Of a stretch of 64,000 nucleotides of DNA, positions 37,256 through 49,579 are shown in pieces. The notes beneath the pieces were generated by a model. The model was given only the letters and a program-made list of their open reading frames with translations. It did no database searches and was not told the DNA's origin. A program made the position numbers and the translations under genes. This stretch comes from Okamejei kenojei. Its lineage: Eukaryota. The DNA is taken from positions 30,504,001 through 30,568,000 of the forward strand of contig CM069153.1 in the NCBI GenBank assembly GCA_035221665.1. The letters run 5' to 3'. How positions within the stretch are numbered: position 1 is the first letter of the stretch; every line of letters begins with the position of its first letter.

Positions 37256-39941
37256 AACTAACAAGTTGTCATAATACAAAAACACAGAAATAACATCTGT
37301 GAGGTCCAGTTACCACCAGTGGTTTAAAGGATGAAGGCTATGCAAGCATCATTCCAATACAGTTTAACATGGCGATTCTTACTCACACAAACCCAATCTA
37401 ACCATGCCTTGATCTGAAATTATTTTCTCAAACTGGTCTGAACAATCGGAAATTCTGCTTTACAATCCTGTTATTCTTAACATTTTTATCTTAAATTGTG
37501 CATATGTGGCACTAGATCAGGAAAACTTGACTATTTTAAACTTTGAAAGCAAACTAATTATATTTTTGCCTTGTGTAAGCACCGATAAACCTGATTCAGC
37601 TCTGTGAGAATTAGTTTAACGATGCAAAAGCAAAAAGAATGCAGAGCAGATATTGTAAACCTCAGTGGGTTAATCTGAAAATCTATCGGGCATCCAAGGG
37701 GGCACTAATCCCTTCCATCCCTTTTAACAGCTGTCAGCTATTTGCTACCATTCGGATTTACATTATGCCATTGTTCACCTCAGCTGTACTGACAGTAGTC
37801 CGTCGGATGAGGCGGTTTTGTGTGATTTGCTATGTTCATTGTGGATTTGCAGCCAGACATATGTGGAAACTTGCCGGGGGCCAGAAGGATTGTCTGGTTC
37901 CAAAATTCCGCACAGTACCAACGGCAACGTAACTCACAATGCACTCTACACCCCCAAACTCCTTTCAATTTCACCCTTTACTCCAAAATCTTAACAGCTT
38001 CACACTGTAGGAATCTCAGCTCCGCGATTATTAGAGTGGACAAATTGTTTTCTTACTGAAATGTGTGACCAGTTGTGGCCAGCTGCCAGCTGTGTGGCTA
38101 CATTGGCTTTGCAGTTCGTCCTCCTCCCTCCGCAGTGTTACCCGGCCTTGCCTTGACGCTCAGTGCCTCTCAGATATGTGAGTAAGTTCACAAGACTTGG
38201 CATGTCCAAGACTGTTGAGGAACCATGTTACAAACCATTAGCGATATCAATCATTGCGCCTTTCTGCCAACAAGCTTTCCTGCTCATTAGCAAATTTATG
38301 ACCTACAGATTTCCAAAGTTAATCCATTATAAATTAATCCAAGGTGCCCAAGGGCAGGATGCAGATGCTATTTTTACATCAGTCACAAAACAATGGCTGA
38401 GATCACATGCAAAACTGCACAACTAATCATATATCTTCAATTACGTTCCAAAGGGTTAGGTGGACGTTATCTCAATCATTTACAATCTCGCAGGGCAGTG
38501 GGCTGTTCCAGGTTTGGTCTCAACATCAAAGAGCAGCCATTCAACAGACTTGTGGTGCAATCAGCAGAAGCCGTTTGGCTTTTGAGCAGCCACACCGATG
38601 TCCAGCTTCTTTATTTCCTATCTTTGTGCCTCGACCTTGAGTATGCCTTAAATGACTGAATTAAGGGATTAGATCCTCTCCCATTGTCATTTTGACACTT
38701 GCCCGCAATGATCCTTTCACCTGGGCCCCTTGAAAGGCTCTTTGTATCAGCCACCTCCCTGTGGTCAGCAGAGCAAACATGTCACCACTGCATCGCAGTG
38801 GGAAGCAGTGGTCAAAGGCAACAGAGGCAGGCAACAGGCACGTTATAGCCTCGGCTCTGACACAGGCTCAGTTAAAGCAAGACTCTTCGTGGAACACAGT
38901 GTCCAAAAATTCACTGGGATATTTTGTTTGCGTCTTTCTTATTCTGGTTCTTTTCTCCAAGGAGGAGATGGGATACAATAAAAATGGGTATAGTAAAATA
39001 AATCCATTCTTCATGTAAACAATTATTTAGTTTGTTCCTCTTCTTTTACTGTAGCAGTCGGGTTTAAAAAAAGTCAGGGAATTAATATAGTATTGAGGCA
39101 ATATTTTTGTGAGGGAATGTATAACTTCTCTACCCAGAGTCAACAGTATGTCCGAAAAAAATGTGCACCTGTTAACCCACCCGCTACGGTGAGCGATACG
39201 ACATCCCTCTGCCTCGCGGTGGTGCCTTGTCCATTGCCTTTTGGAAATTCACACTGGATGCACATGGTGACAGAAATCCTTGGTCAGTAATATTGCAGCG
39301 TGAAATTGGATTAAACTGATGCAAATCTGACCAGTCACTGGCCAGGCAGATTTTAATGCGAGATTTCACAGGACCATTGCCCGAGAGTGAGGCAGTTGTT
39401 GCCATGCGAAGACTGACCCGTGCGTCCATTGACCTTCAGAGACCAGGGTAGAGTGCAGCATCACCTCTACACGTGGACCTCTTGACCACTGTATTCTGGG
39501 CAGCAGTTGTGCTGGATGTGTTAAGGCCAGGCATCAAGGGACAGTGAACCAAGAGGGAGATGGACAGGTTACGAGCACACACCCACAGATCCTTATCCCA
39601 CCAGCGGCCGAATACACTCCCCAACCTATCTGCAAACAACACTTTCAGATACCAACTGAGGGTTAAATTCAGGTATTGTGATCTACGTGGATTTACTCTT
39701 GGCTTAGTAATGTGGCACCATCGCACGGATATCCCCATCGAAGGCTGGGTGGCTCACACCCAGCAGGTATCCACAGGGGGACTGTGCTCCATTCTCTCTG
39801 TGCAGAGCCGACTTCAGATCAATGGCACACAATGCACCTTCCACACAGTAGGAGATTGGGAAGGAGTGGGGGCATGAAATCAAGATAGAAAAGAAGATGT
39901 TGAGTTAACCAGGTAGAAAGTGAGTAAAGGGGCAGCTGGTT

Positions 39942-40247
39942 TTTAGTTTAGACATACGTGGAAGCAGGCCCTTCGGCTCACTGAGTCCATGTCGACCATA
40001 GATCACCTGTTCACACCAGTTCTTTGTTACCCCACATTCTCGTCCACTCCCTGCATGCTAGGTGCAATTTACAGAGGGCCAATTAACCTACAGACCCATG
40101 CATCTTTGGGATGGGGGAGAAAGAAACGGAGATCCCGGACGAAACGTACGTGGTCACGGGGAGAATATGCAAACTCCACACCAGCACCTGAGGTTAAGAT
40201 CAAACCTGGGTCTCTGGCACTGCAAGGCAGCGGCTCGGTGCTGCCCT
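39942..40247 (-). mobile_element. HE1-like V-SINE
   Basis: Reverse complement of the family consensus. Confidence 0.85.
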
Positions 40248-40616
40248 GTAGGTTAAGAGGCAGAGACCAAGAGATTGGGGGACGGGCAGGAGAAACGGGT
40301 GCAGAGGTAGGGAAGCTGAAGATTGTGTGCAGGATTGTGAGTGTGTCTGTGTGTGGTCTGAATACGTCTGAGATATACTTAGAGTGTGTGTGAGGAGGCT
40401 GGTGACCAACAGCTATCGCATGTTATAAAGAAGTCAATGCACAGGCATCTTTCTGTCTGCAGTGGAACCATCCACCTCAGTCCCGAGGAATTGTTGTAGA
40501 AGTTGGTGCATACAGGATGTGTTCTCCCCAATAGTTAAAAGCATGCTACACTTGTCAACCTTCATTCTCACCAGCCTTTTACATTGTCTTGTCTTTTGCC
40601 TACGTTTCAGAGTGCA

Positions 40617-41152
40617 ATAGACAATAGACAATAGGTGCAGGAGTAGGCCATTTGGCCCTTCGAGCCAGCACCGCCATTCAATGTGATCGTGGCTGATCAT
40701 CCCCAATCAGTACCCCATTCCTGTCTTCTCCCCATATCCCTGACTCCGCTATTTTTTAGAGCCCCATCTAGCTCGCTCTTGAAAGCATCCAGAGAACCTG
40801 CCTCCACCACCTTCTGAGGCAGAGAATTCCACAGACTCACCACTCTCTGTGAGAAAAAGTGTTTCCTTGCCTCCGCTCTAAATGGCTTACTCCTTATTAT
40901 GAAACTGTGGCCCCTCGTTCTGGACTCCCCATCATCAGGAACATGTTTCCTGCCTCTTGCGTGTCCAAACCCTTAACAATCTTTTATGTTATATGATCCC
41001 CTCTCAAACTTCTAAACCCCAGAGTGTACAAGCCCAGCAGCTCCATTCTCTCAACATAGGACAGTCCCGCCATCCCGGGAATTAACCTTGTAAACCTATA
41101 CTGCACTCCCTCAATAGCAAGAATGTCCTTCCTCAAATTAGGGGACCAAAAC
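40617..41152 (-). mobile_element. CR1 3' portion
   Basis: FWSPNLRKDILAIEGVQYRFTRLIPG peptide; (TCTATTG)n-type tail. Confidence 0.9.
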
Positions 41153-41399
41153 TTTCCGATCAGTTCATTCATCATCCAGACTTCTAAAGTAGATTAGACA
41201 GGTATTACACCTAACAACACGTTTCAGTACTTATTGATCATTAGGTCTCATAATGAGATGCAACCTTCCTTAACAAGCCTGCTATTGAGTTGTATAGTAA
41301 TAAGCAACACCCCAGCGGTATGAACATTGACTTCTCTAACTTCAGGTAGCCCTTGCTCGCTCTCTTCAATCTCCCTGCCCCCACTCAGATCTCCCACTG

Positions 41400-41942
41400 T
41401 CGCTATCAAAACATGGGGGGGACATAATTTCTTGATACATGCGCAAACACGCGAGGCTTCGGCCGTGGGCCCTGTGGACAGTAACATCGGGAACAGACTC
41501 CAAACTCCAGCAACAGCAGCTTCATCTGCCCCGAATCGTGGGGCTTCAATCAGCCTGTTCGCGTGGGTGTCAACATCGGGAGCCTCGACCGCCTCGACGC
41601 AGCAATTTGACCGTGGGGCGATGAAAGAACCCGCGCTGGCCGCGCCGGGCGATGAAAAGCCCCGTGAACGGGCCGATTCAAACTCCGCTCTATGATTTTT
41701 GCTCCACGGACGTCTCCCTCCTCCAATCACCGCGCTCTATCCTCAGTCCCACCCCACTCTGCCTGTTGACCGATGTCTCTCTCGTCCAATTGGCGCCCTC
41801 AATCTTCAGTCCCACCCCCACTGTCTAGCGGTAAGTGGAAATTTTTTTATACCTTTTTTTTAAACTGAGTATTAAAATACGGATTACAAAACATGGGGGG
41901 GGGGGGGGACAGAACTTCCCCCCCCCGGGATTTCCGCCCCTG
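41400..41942 (-). mobile_element. CpG-rich hAT-like non-autonomous element, one terminus missing
   Basis: Terminus CAGGGGCGGAAATCCCGGGG on the minus strand. Subterminal direct repeat CAAAACATG(G)nACA near both ends. Confidence 0.55.
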
Positions 41943-41987
41943 TCTCTGCCTAAATTCTTTCTTTGTCCCACACCCTCACCTGACATC

Positions 41988-42021
41988 AGTCTGAAGAAGG
42001 GTCTCGACCCGAAACGTCACC
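41988..42021 (+). ncRNA. Minimal hammerhead ribozyme core, intact consensus
   Basis: AGT-CTGAAGA-A-GGGTCTCGACCC-GAAAC-GTC-ACC. Confidence 0.85.
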
Positions 42022-43403
42022 AATTCCTTCTCTCCATAGATGCTACTTCACCCGCTGAGTTTCTCCAGCATATTGTGTCTACCACAGCAATAATTATTCT
42101 GTTTCTCCGAATAGTAAATTATCAGTTGTCAATCCTGCATTTAATATCAATACTTTTTTTTTAACCTGCTGTGTTTAACACTGTGGAAAGTAAGATTCTC
42201 TGGGTTGCATCTGTGATAAGTAATTATTGATTGCAGTGAATAAGTCAACATCACCCCACAGGCATCCTCGTTTCCACTCCAAAACAGCTTAGCATTGCTG
42301 ATTTTTGCATTGAGAGCAGGAAAGAGGTGCAGAAGAGGATTAATGGCAGGCAGAGAAAACCATGTAGGTAGCAGCAGAATGGGGCTGGGTGAGAAAGAAT
42401 GGTGGGAAAAATATGCTCAGTAAAACAATACGTCCAAAGGTTTCAATTGAAAATCCTGCATCTTGTGTCGCTGATTTCTTTTTTTCAAACTGCTATGCGT
42501 AACATAATCAATGTGCTGGTATCATGTTGCTAAGATAATCGAGTCCAGGAAAGCAGTAAATGAACCAGACTTGAAGTCTCTGGGAAAACTGGGAAATTCC
42601 AATGCACCACATGCTACTGTGCAAGTTCTAAACCCTCAGCTAGATATCCAGCCCTCCCTCTGACCGCGCTCTACGTGGATATGATGTTGCCTACACATAC
42701 CGGACTGACCTGCACTATATTCCCACCATGTAAACACATCCATCAGACTGAGCAATCCAACTGGTTGGAAAAATTCTTTGCGCAGATATTTGCGGCATCC
42801 ATTGCTTCAGAAGCAGATTACAGGCAAATTAGTTCCAGACTTTTAACAGCTGTGCCGAGCAGAATGTGTTACCACAAATGCTTCCCTCAACACACAGATC
42901 AAATTTCCAAATCCATATGGCTCAACCCAAACTCCAAATCTCTCTCAAAAGAAGTCTTCTCATTCTTATATGACTGGGAGGACAGGTGGCTGCCGTCCAT
43001 AAACATGCCACAAATCCAACTGCAGTCACCCATTCTAATGGATGTAACACAGGGAAACGGACTTGAACAGAGTTTCTCAAAGCAAGCCATGTCAAATTAC
43101 TTCATTACATATGTTTACTTCTAAAATCAGACTTAAACACATTGCATTCAATTAAAAAAACAATGAAACAGTTTCAAACAGATAGGCAAATACAACAAAA
43201 ATAACTTGTTAACATAAAAGAATCCCAACGCATTATTTTGGTGGAAGTTTTTATTTAGAATTTTTGCATAGCCTTGACAGAACAAACTACAACTGCAGTG
43301 TACATTGCAGCAGGTCCCTTCTCTGGTGTAATATTTCCATAAACATTACTTGTCTAATAAAACTTGCAGATGGAAAGTTAACACAGTCAGCAGTAACAAT
43401 GAT

Positions 43404-43404
<1 letters not shown>

Positions 43405-43433
<29 letters not shown>
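43405..43433. repeat. (TA)n microsatellite
   Basis: Direct inspection. Confidence 0.95.
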
Positions 43434-43440
<7 letters not shown>

Positions 43441-43544
43441 GTTTGACTGTCTACATAAAAGAATAAAGTAAATAACAGAATTTACAGTGTACCTGAAAAA
43501 CAATAATGTTGAGGCTAAACGTTTTGTAACAATGGTTTGTGAAC

Positions 43545-44024
43545 AGCTCCTTCCAAGACGCAAGAAATTGCATAGAATTGTGGACGCAGCTCAGACCATC
43601 ACACAAGCAATCTCCCTTCCATTGACTTCAGGTACATGTCACGCTGCCTCAGCAAAGCCACCAGCATAATCATTAACCTGTCTCACTCCGGTCACTCCCT
43701 CTTCTCCCCTCTCCCATCAGGAAAGATGTACAGAAGTGTGAAAACACACACCTCCAGATCCAGGGACAGTTTCTTCCCAGCTGTTATCAGGCAATTGAAC
43801 CATCCCATCAACAACTGGAGAGTGGTCCTGAGCTACTATTTAACTCATTGGAGACACTCGGACTATCGTAAATCATCTTTCACTCAATGTTATTCCCTTT
43901 ATCCTGTATCTGTATCTGTGGACGGCTCAATTGTAATCATGTCTCGTCTTTCTGCTGACTGTGTTAGCATGCAACAAAAGCTTTTCACTGTACCTAGGTG
44001 CATATGACAATAAACTAAACTAAA
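43545..44024 (+). mobile_element. Rex1/Babar 3' end
   Basis: SHSGHSLFSPLPSGK peptide and AATAAACTAAACTAAA tail. Confidence 0.85.
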
Positions 44025-45080
44025 TTTGCCGTCTGCAACGGCAGCAGACAGTCAGGGTGGGCAGGAGGACATCAAAAACCATAGCTGTGAGCACTGGCTC
44101 GCCCCAAGGCTGTGTCCTAAGCCCCCTGCTGTTTAGTCTGCTTACACACGACTGTACTGCTAGACTCAACAACAACTTCATCAACAAGTTCGCTGACGAC
44201 ACAACAGTGGTGGGTCTCATCAGTGACAATGATGAGTCGGCATACAGGATGGAGGTGGAGCTGCTCAAAGGATGGTGCAAATCCCACAACCTCATTCTCA
44301 ACGTGGGAAAAACAAAGGAGATGGTGGTTGACTTCAGGAGGGCGGGAAAACAATGCCATACACCTCTGCACATCGATGGAGCTGATGTGGAAAGGGTCAG
44401 CAGTGTGACGTTCCTAGGACTCCACCTGTCAGATGACCTGACATCCACGACCAACACCACAGCACTGGTCAAGAGAGCCCAGCAGTGACTACACCCTCTC
44501 CGTAGACTACAGAAAGCAGGTCTCCCCACTGCACACCTACGAACTTTTTATAGGGGACAATCGAGAGCACATTAACCTACGGCATCACTTCCTGGTTCGG
44601 GAGCTGCAAGGCGTATGAACGGCACCAACTGGACAGGATTGTGAAGACCGCCAGCAGGATTATTGGTGCTCCACTCCCTTTCCTGCTGGACATATACAGG
44701 AAGAGATGTATCAGCAGAGCCATCTCCATCATCAAAGACCCCTACCACCCATCGCATCACATATTCTCCATCCTGCCTTCTGGGAAGAGGTACAGGAGCA
44801 TCAGCTGCAAAACCAGCAGGATGCTCCTCAGCTTCTTCCCGCAGGCTATAAGACTGATAAACGGACTTTGCCCCCTGCCAATGTATCGCGCACCAACCAC
44901 CAACCTGGACACACTGAAGCAGAGCCATTGTCGTGCCGCTGCCGATTGGAACTCGTGATATATGTATTTTTATTTTTATTTCTATTTATTTTTTACCGCA
45001 CACTGAATGGACACTGGTTGAGCAACATTTTTTCGTTTCCTCTGGGTATGTAAGTAATGATAATAAAGATATACAATAAA
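44025..45080 (+). mobile_element. 5'-truncated Rex1/Babar LINE (RT C-terminal part; CGA>TGA-type stop at 44486)
   Basis: TGSPQGCVLSPLLF and KFADDTTVVGLI motifs. The frame continues past the stop to KTASRIIG..LPSGKRYR. Confidence 0.92.
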
Positions 45081-45245
45081 TAGGGAAGCAAGAGATGCAG
45101 CTCCCATTCTCAGCAAGGTGAACGGGACCTCTTCTCGTGGAATCCACAAAGAGGATGGCGAGGTCATGGAGTGCACAATGGACTCAATTCTTCAACATTC
45201 CCCACTGGGACAGCTGGGCGATGCTATTAGTAAGCATGAGGGGAG

Positions 45246-45389
45246 GGGTGAGAGATTGTAACCTTCACGTGATCCGCCCTGTTTTTGACAAATGCAATCA
45301 ACCTGGCGTGCACAATCAAATAAGGTCAAATAGAACAAGTTGTCCTACAACTTTAGGCTGTGCACGCCATACGCAAGGAGAAGAAGAAG
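45246..45389 (+). mobile_element. 144-bp retroposon with (GAA)n tail
   Basis: Perfect 14-bp TSD AAGCATGAGGGGAG. Internal stem GGCGTGCACA / TGTGCACGCC. Confidence 0.8.
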
Positions 45390-45559
45390 AAGCATGAGGG
45401 GAGACCGGAAGCTCCACAGTGCCTGATCTTTCGTCCGGCAGGCACAGCTGGAAATTATCTGAAACAATGCTCTGCATAAGAACTAATGGAAGTGCCTCTT
45501 TAATTTAAATTTCAGTTTCACCGATGAAGCTGACACTGGTGGGACTGCACCCAGTTTTG

Positions 45560-45840
45560 TGTTTTGTTTAGTTTCAAGATACAGCATGGAAACGGGCCCT
45601 TCATCTCCCCAGAGTCCAGGCCGACCCGTCGATCACCCACTCACACTAGTTCTATGGTTTAATCTACTCCCTACACAGGGAGAATTACAGAGGCCAATTA
45701 AACTACAAACCTGCAGGTCTTTGGGAAGTGGGAGGAAACCGGAGCACCCGGAGGAATCCCACGCGTCACAAGGAGAATGTGCAAACTCCACACGGACAGC
45801 ATCTGAGGTCGGAATCAATCCAGGTTCTCTGGCAGCAGCT
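45560..45840 (-). mobile_element. HE1-like V-SINE
   Basis: Reverse complement of the family consensus. Confidence 0.85.
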
Positions 45841-46119
45841 TCCAATAAATCTCATTGAAACACAGAAAATTCCTATGGGGCATAACAGCAAGATGATGTT
45901 TCGCTTATCCGGGGTGATTGGAACCAAGGTCATAGATAAAAAATACGGGGTCACCCTCACGGGATCAAGAATTGAAAGTGCTTCATCAAGAGGGTAATAG
46001 ATCTCCACATAGAGGATTGTGGAGGCTCAGTCACAAGGTATAATGGAAGACTGATCATTAGCGTCAGAGTCATACAGCACGGAAACAGGCCCCTCTGTCC
46101 AACTCATCCAATCGACCAG

Positions 46120-48032
46120 GATACGAAGACAGGTAATGGGGCATGTAGTGCAGAGAAAGCAGAGACTCCGCCGAAGGACTTGGACAGGTTGGGAGAGTCA
46201 GCAGAGAAGTGACAAATGGAATACAGCATAGCAAAATGTGGAAGCATGCATTTTGGTAGCAGGAATAAAAGCATAGACTTTTTTCTAACTGGGGAGATAA
46301 TTCAATAATCAGAGATGCAAAAGGACTTGGGAGTGCTGGTATAGAATTCCCAACAGTTAACTTACAAGTCGAATTAGTAGTAAGGAAGGCAAATGCAATA
46401 CGAGCATTTATTTAGAGAGGACTAGAATATTAACAAAAGGGATGTAATGCTGAGGTTTTATAAGGTGCTGGTCAAACTGCACTGTCAGCAATTTTGAGCC
46501 CCCATATCTGAGGAAGAATGTGTTAGTGCTGGAGAGGGTCCAGAGGAGGTTTACAAGAATAATTCCAGGAATGAGTGAGTTAGAATATGATGAGCGTTTG
46601 ACAGCATTGGGCCTCTACTCACTGGAGTTTAGAAGATTGAGGTGGGACCTCATTGAAATTTCCAGAATAATGGAAGGCGTAGAGAGAGTGGATGTGAAAA
46701 GGATGTTTCCACTGGTGGGAGCATCTAGGACCAGAGGCCATAGTCTCAGAATTAAAGGGCGCCCTTTTAGAAAGGAGGTGAGGAAGAACTTATTTTGTCA
46801 GAGGGTAGTTAATCTGCTACAGAGGGCTGTGGAGACCCATCAGTAGATATTTTTAAGGCAGAGATATAGGTATGCTACAATACCTACCTTGAGCAGCGCT
46901 GCAGTTCTGCCGCTCCCCGTGTGCGTGACTTTGGCGCCTTTCAGAGAGGGGGGCGGGTTTAAAATGCCGCTTTTCCCTAGACAGTCCAAATCGATCCATG
47001 TCGGGCGATTTCGTCGCTAAAGAGAAATCGCTCCAACATTTCATTCATGAAGCTATTTTTAAACTACGCTAGATTATTTATTAACTAGAGTAGTTTAAAA
47101 ATCATCTTCTAAAGCTCTGAACGCCAACAGCAGAATGGACCTAACGTAGGGGAGAAAATAAAGTGCACAGTTTATTTTTACATGAAAACTTGGTTTTTAG
47201 GAAGCCTTTAATCACATTTTCATGTTGCGAAATGGGGACAAAAAAATGTATGAACCGCCAGTATTTTTCCTGCCGACTGTGGGTTAAATTCACCGCAAAC
47301 CGCAACGTTCCAATCCACCGCATTACACTAAAACCCACTCGCGTTGATTTAAAATGCCATTAATTTACAGGAATTAAACACTAATTTCCTTCCATTGGCC
47401 TATAAATTCATGAAAATGAGATTTAAAAATCATGTTATATTGTGGATTATTGTGTGAATGTTATTTGGACACTTAGGCAATTTAAAAATGTTTATCATTT
47501 TTTAAGAAATGGATAGATGTTTAGATCTAGTAGTTGAATTTTGTAATTAGCTACAATTAGACAACTAACTAATTATATGCTTTAATTTCAGGTCATCCAA
47601 GTAAGATTGTTGCATATTTGTTTCACAATGCTTCAATCTATAATAACTGAAAATGTCATTGAGTTCTCTTAATGTTTAAGAGAGTTTGGGGCTTTTGACT
47701 GTCCTAGATCACAGCTTTTGAGTTAAGTCAATGGAAAGGCAATGGGGAACAAGATGCTAATTTCCGAGTATGAAAATGGCCATAACTTTTTTAATACTGA
47801 AGATATGAAAGTGAATTAGATGTCAAATTAAACTTCTTTTTATGCTTTATCTGATGGGATAAATTGCAGACTTGATTTTTAAAATCTCAAAATTGTGTAA
47901 CATTGCTAAGAGATAGCCAAATTCTTGATTAGAACGGGGTGTCAAGGGTTATGGGGAGAAGGCAGGAAAATGGGATTAGGAAGCAGAGATCAGCAATGAT
48001 TGAATGGCGGAGTAGACCCGATGTGCCGAATG
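46120..48032 (+). mobile_element. CR1 3' half interrupted by a 1-kb insert
   Basis: LERVQRRFTRIIPG peptide. The tail resumes at 47909. Confidence 0.88.
46867..47908. mobile_element. Non-autonomous DNA transposon-like insert (hAT- or P-like)
   Basis: 7-bp duplication AGAGATA (46860-46866, 47909-47915). Imperfect TIR TAGGTATGCTAC / TAGCAATGTTAC. Confidence 0.7.
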
Positions 48033-48074
48033 AAGAGAACACAAGACAGCTAGCTGTTTAATGTAAACACAGGG

Positions 48075-48262
48075 ACTCTCTCTTCCCCCTCAGCTGAATA
48101 CACCTATCATTCGCCAGACTCTGTCCTGCCCCCATCTGCCGTTTCCAGCTTTCTCCCGCTTACTCCATTAGTCTGAAAAAGGGTCCCAACCAGAAACGTC
48201 ACGTATTTCTTTTCTCTAGAGATGCTGCCTGACTCATTGAGTTACTCCAGCATTCTGTGTTC
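48075..48262 (+). mobile_element. Penelope pLTR unit
   Basis: AGTCTGAAAAAGGGTCCCAACCAGAAACGTC (mutated core) plus tail. Confidence 0.75.
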
Positions 48263-49579
48263 GAAAAGCTACATAACAGTTTGCTAACATAACTTCAAAA
48301 GAACAGGAAATGTCGTTACTGAAACACAATAGAGGTTGACACACGAACAAGCGAGCAGGTCAACTGCGGAGAATATTTTATAAAGCCTGCAACACAATTC
48401 GGAAGTCTAGACGCCGATGCAAATGACGAAGTCTCATTTTAGTGTGACGCAAATATGGTAATTGGTAAACTACCGTAACATAGCAAAGGGTGGTAAAATA
48501 GATCTGTTTGTGACTCGTTGCTGCTGTTTTTTGTGTGAATAGTGATGTGCCTGGGCTGGTCCAGTCTGCGGGACGCCCAGCAGGATTGTACACTGGTCGG
48601 GTGATCACCAGCCCTAACCCCACTGCCCACCAGGCTGCCACTGACTCAACAAACACCTCCTGTCACTGCTCAGAGGAAGCATTGCCTGTGCAAGAACAAG
48701 CTGCTGAGCCCATCAGAAAGGTCACTGCTGTGCACCCATTGTTCCATAATGCCTTCTCTTTTAAATAACATTGCAGACACACACACTGCACTGTATGTCA
48801 GTTGGTTATGCATTTGGATTGGGGTCTAATCTCAAGGTTGTATTTGTATCCACTTTATAGAGAAACACAGGCCAGGAGTTTATAATCAATGAGCATGCTC
48901 TTGGAGCCAGCCTTAATGAAAATTGCTCGAATCTGGTGAATCGTGACATGAATTTTACCCCTCTTGTTTAAATAATCATTAGCATCCATTGGAAATGGCA
49001 TTTGCAATTGTGCAGAGAAACCAGTCGCTCCACATGACTGAGGCACGCCACACGATTGAATTCAAATAGAAAAGAAAATAAAAAGACAAAAGGATAACAT
49101 TTTAAGAGATCAAATTTTTATTCAAAGTATTTTGGAATATTTTAGTGTGAAGTAAAAGAATAGGGTTTACAGCCAAGATTAAATAAAATACAATATTTGA
49201 ATTAAAAATTAAAATAATTAAAAGTTGATACAATCCACAGAATAAAATTATTTTTCAATCCTGAACACCTTAAGGTAATAACTGCAGCTTAAGAGTAATA
49301 TCAACTTTTAGTCCATGTACAATACAATATTCATAATGTTCCTTAAAAAAAAAAAAACAGCTCATATTTACACAAAGTTTGCATCAGTTCACAGGTTTTC
49401 ACTGATTGTGCCAATAGAGGTTGAAGAATTGTCCCATTCACTCCCCGTAGAACAAGAGGGAGCTGCACCACAATTTCTGGAACCGTTATTGGCCATGTTA
49501 CTGAATTTCCTTCATCATTACCTTGGCAAAAGTGCTCAGTGCAAATTCTGGGTCTCTCTCCCACATTGTCATTCTACAG

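Larger units (their letters stand above)
41300..42085 (+). mobile_element. Penelope 3' end plus pLTR, interrupted by a DNA-transposon-like insert
   Basis: CCCCAGCGGTATGAACATTGACTTCTCTAA matches the end of the 4283-5488 ORF. The pLTR resumes at about 41943. Confidence 0.85.

Noticed and set aside
42675-43124. 149-aa ORF in unique sequence
   Set aside because: No recognisable domain or convincing splice boundaries; compatible with chance.
44020-44529. 169-aa minus-strand ORF
   Set aside because: Antisense shadow of the Rex1 RT.
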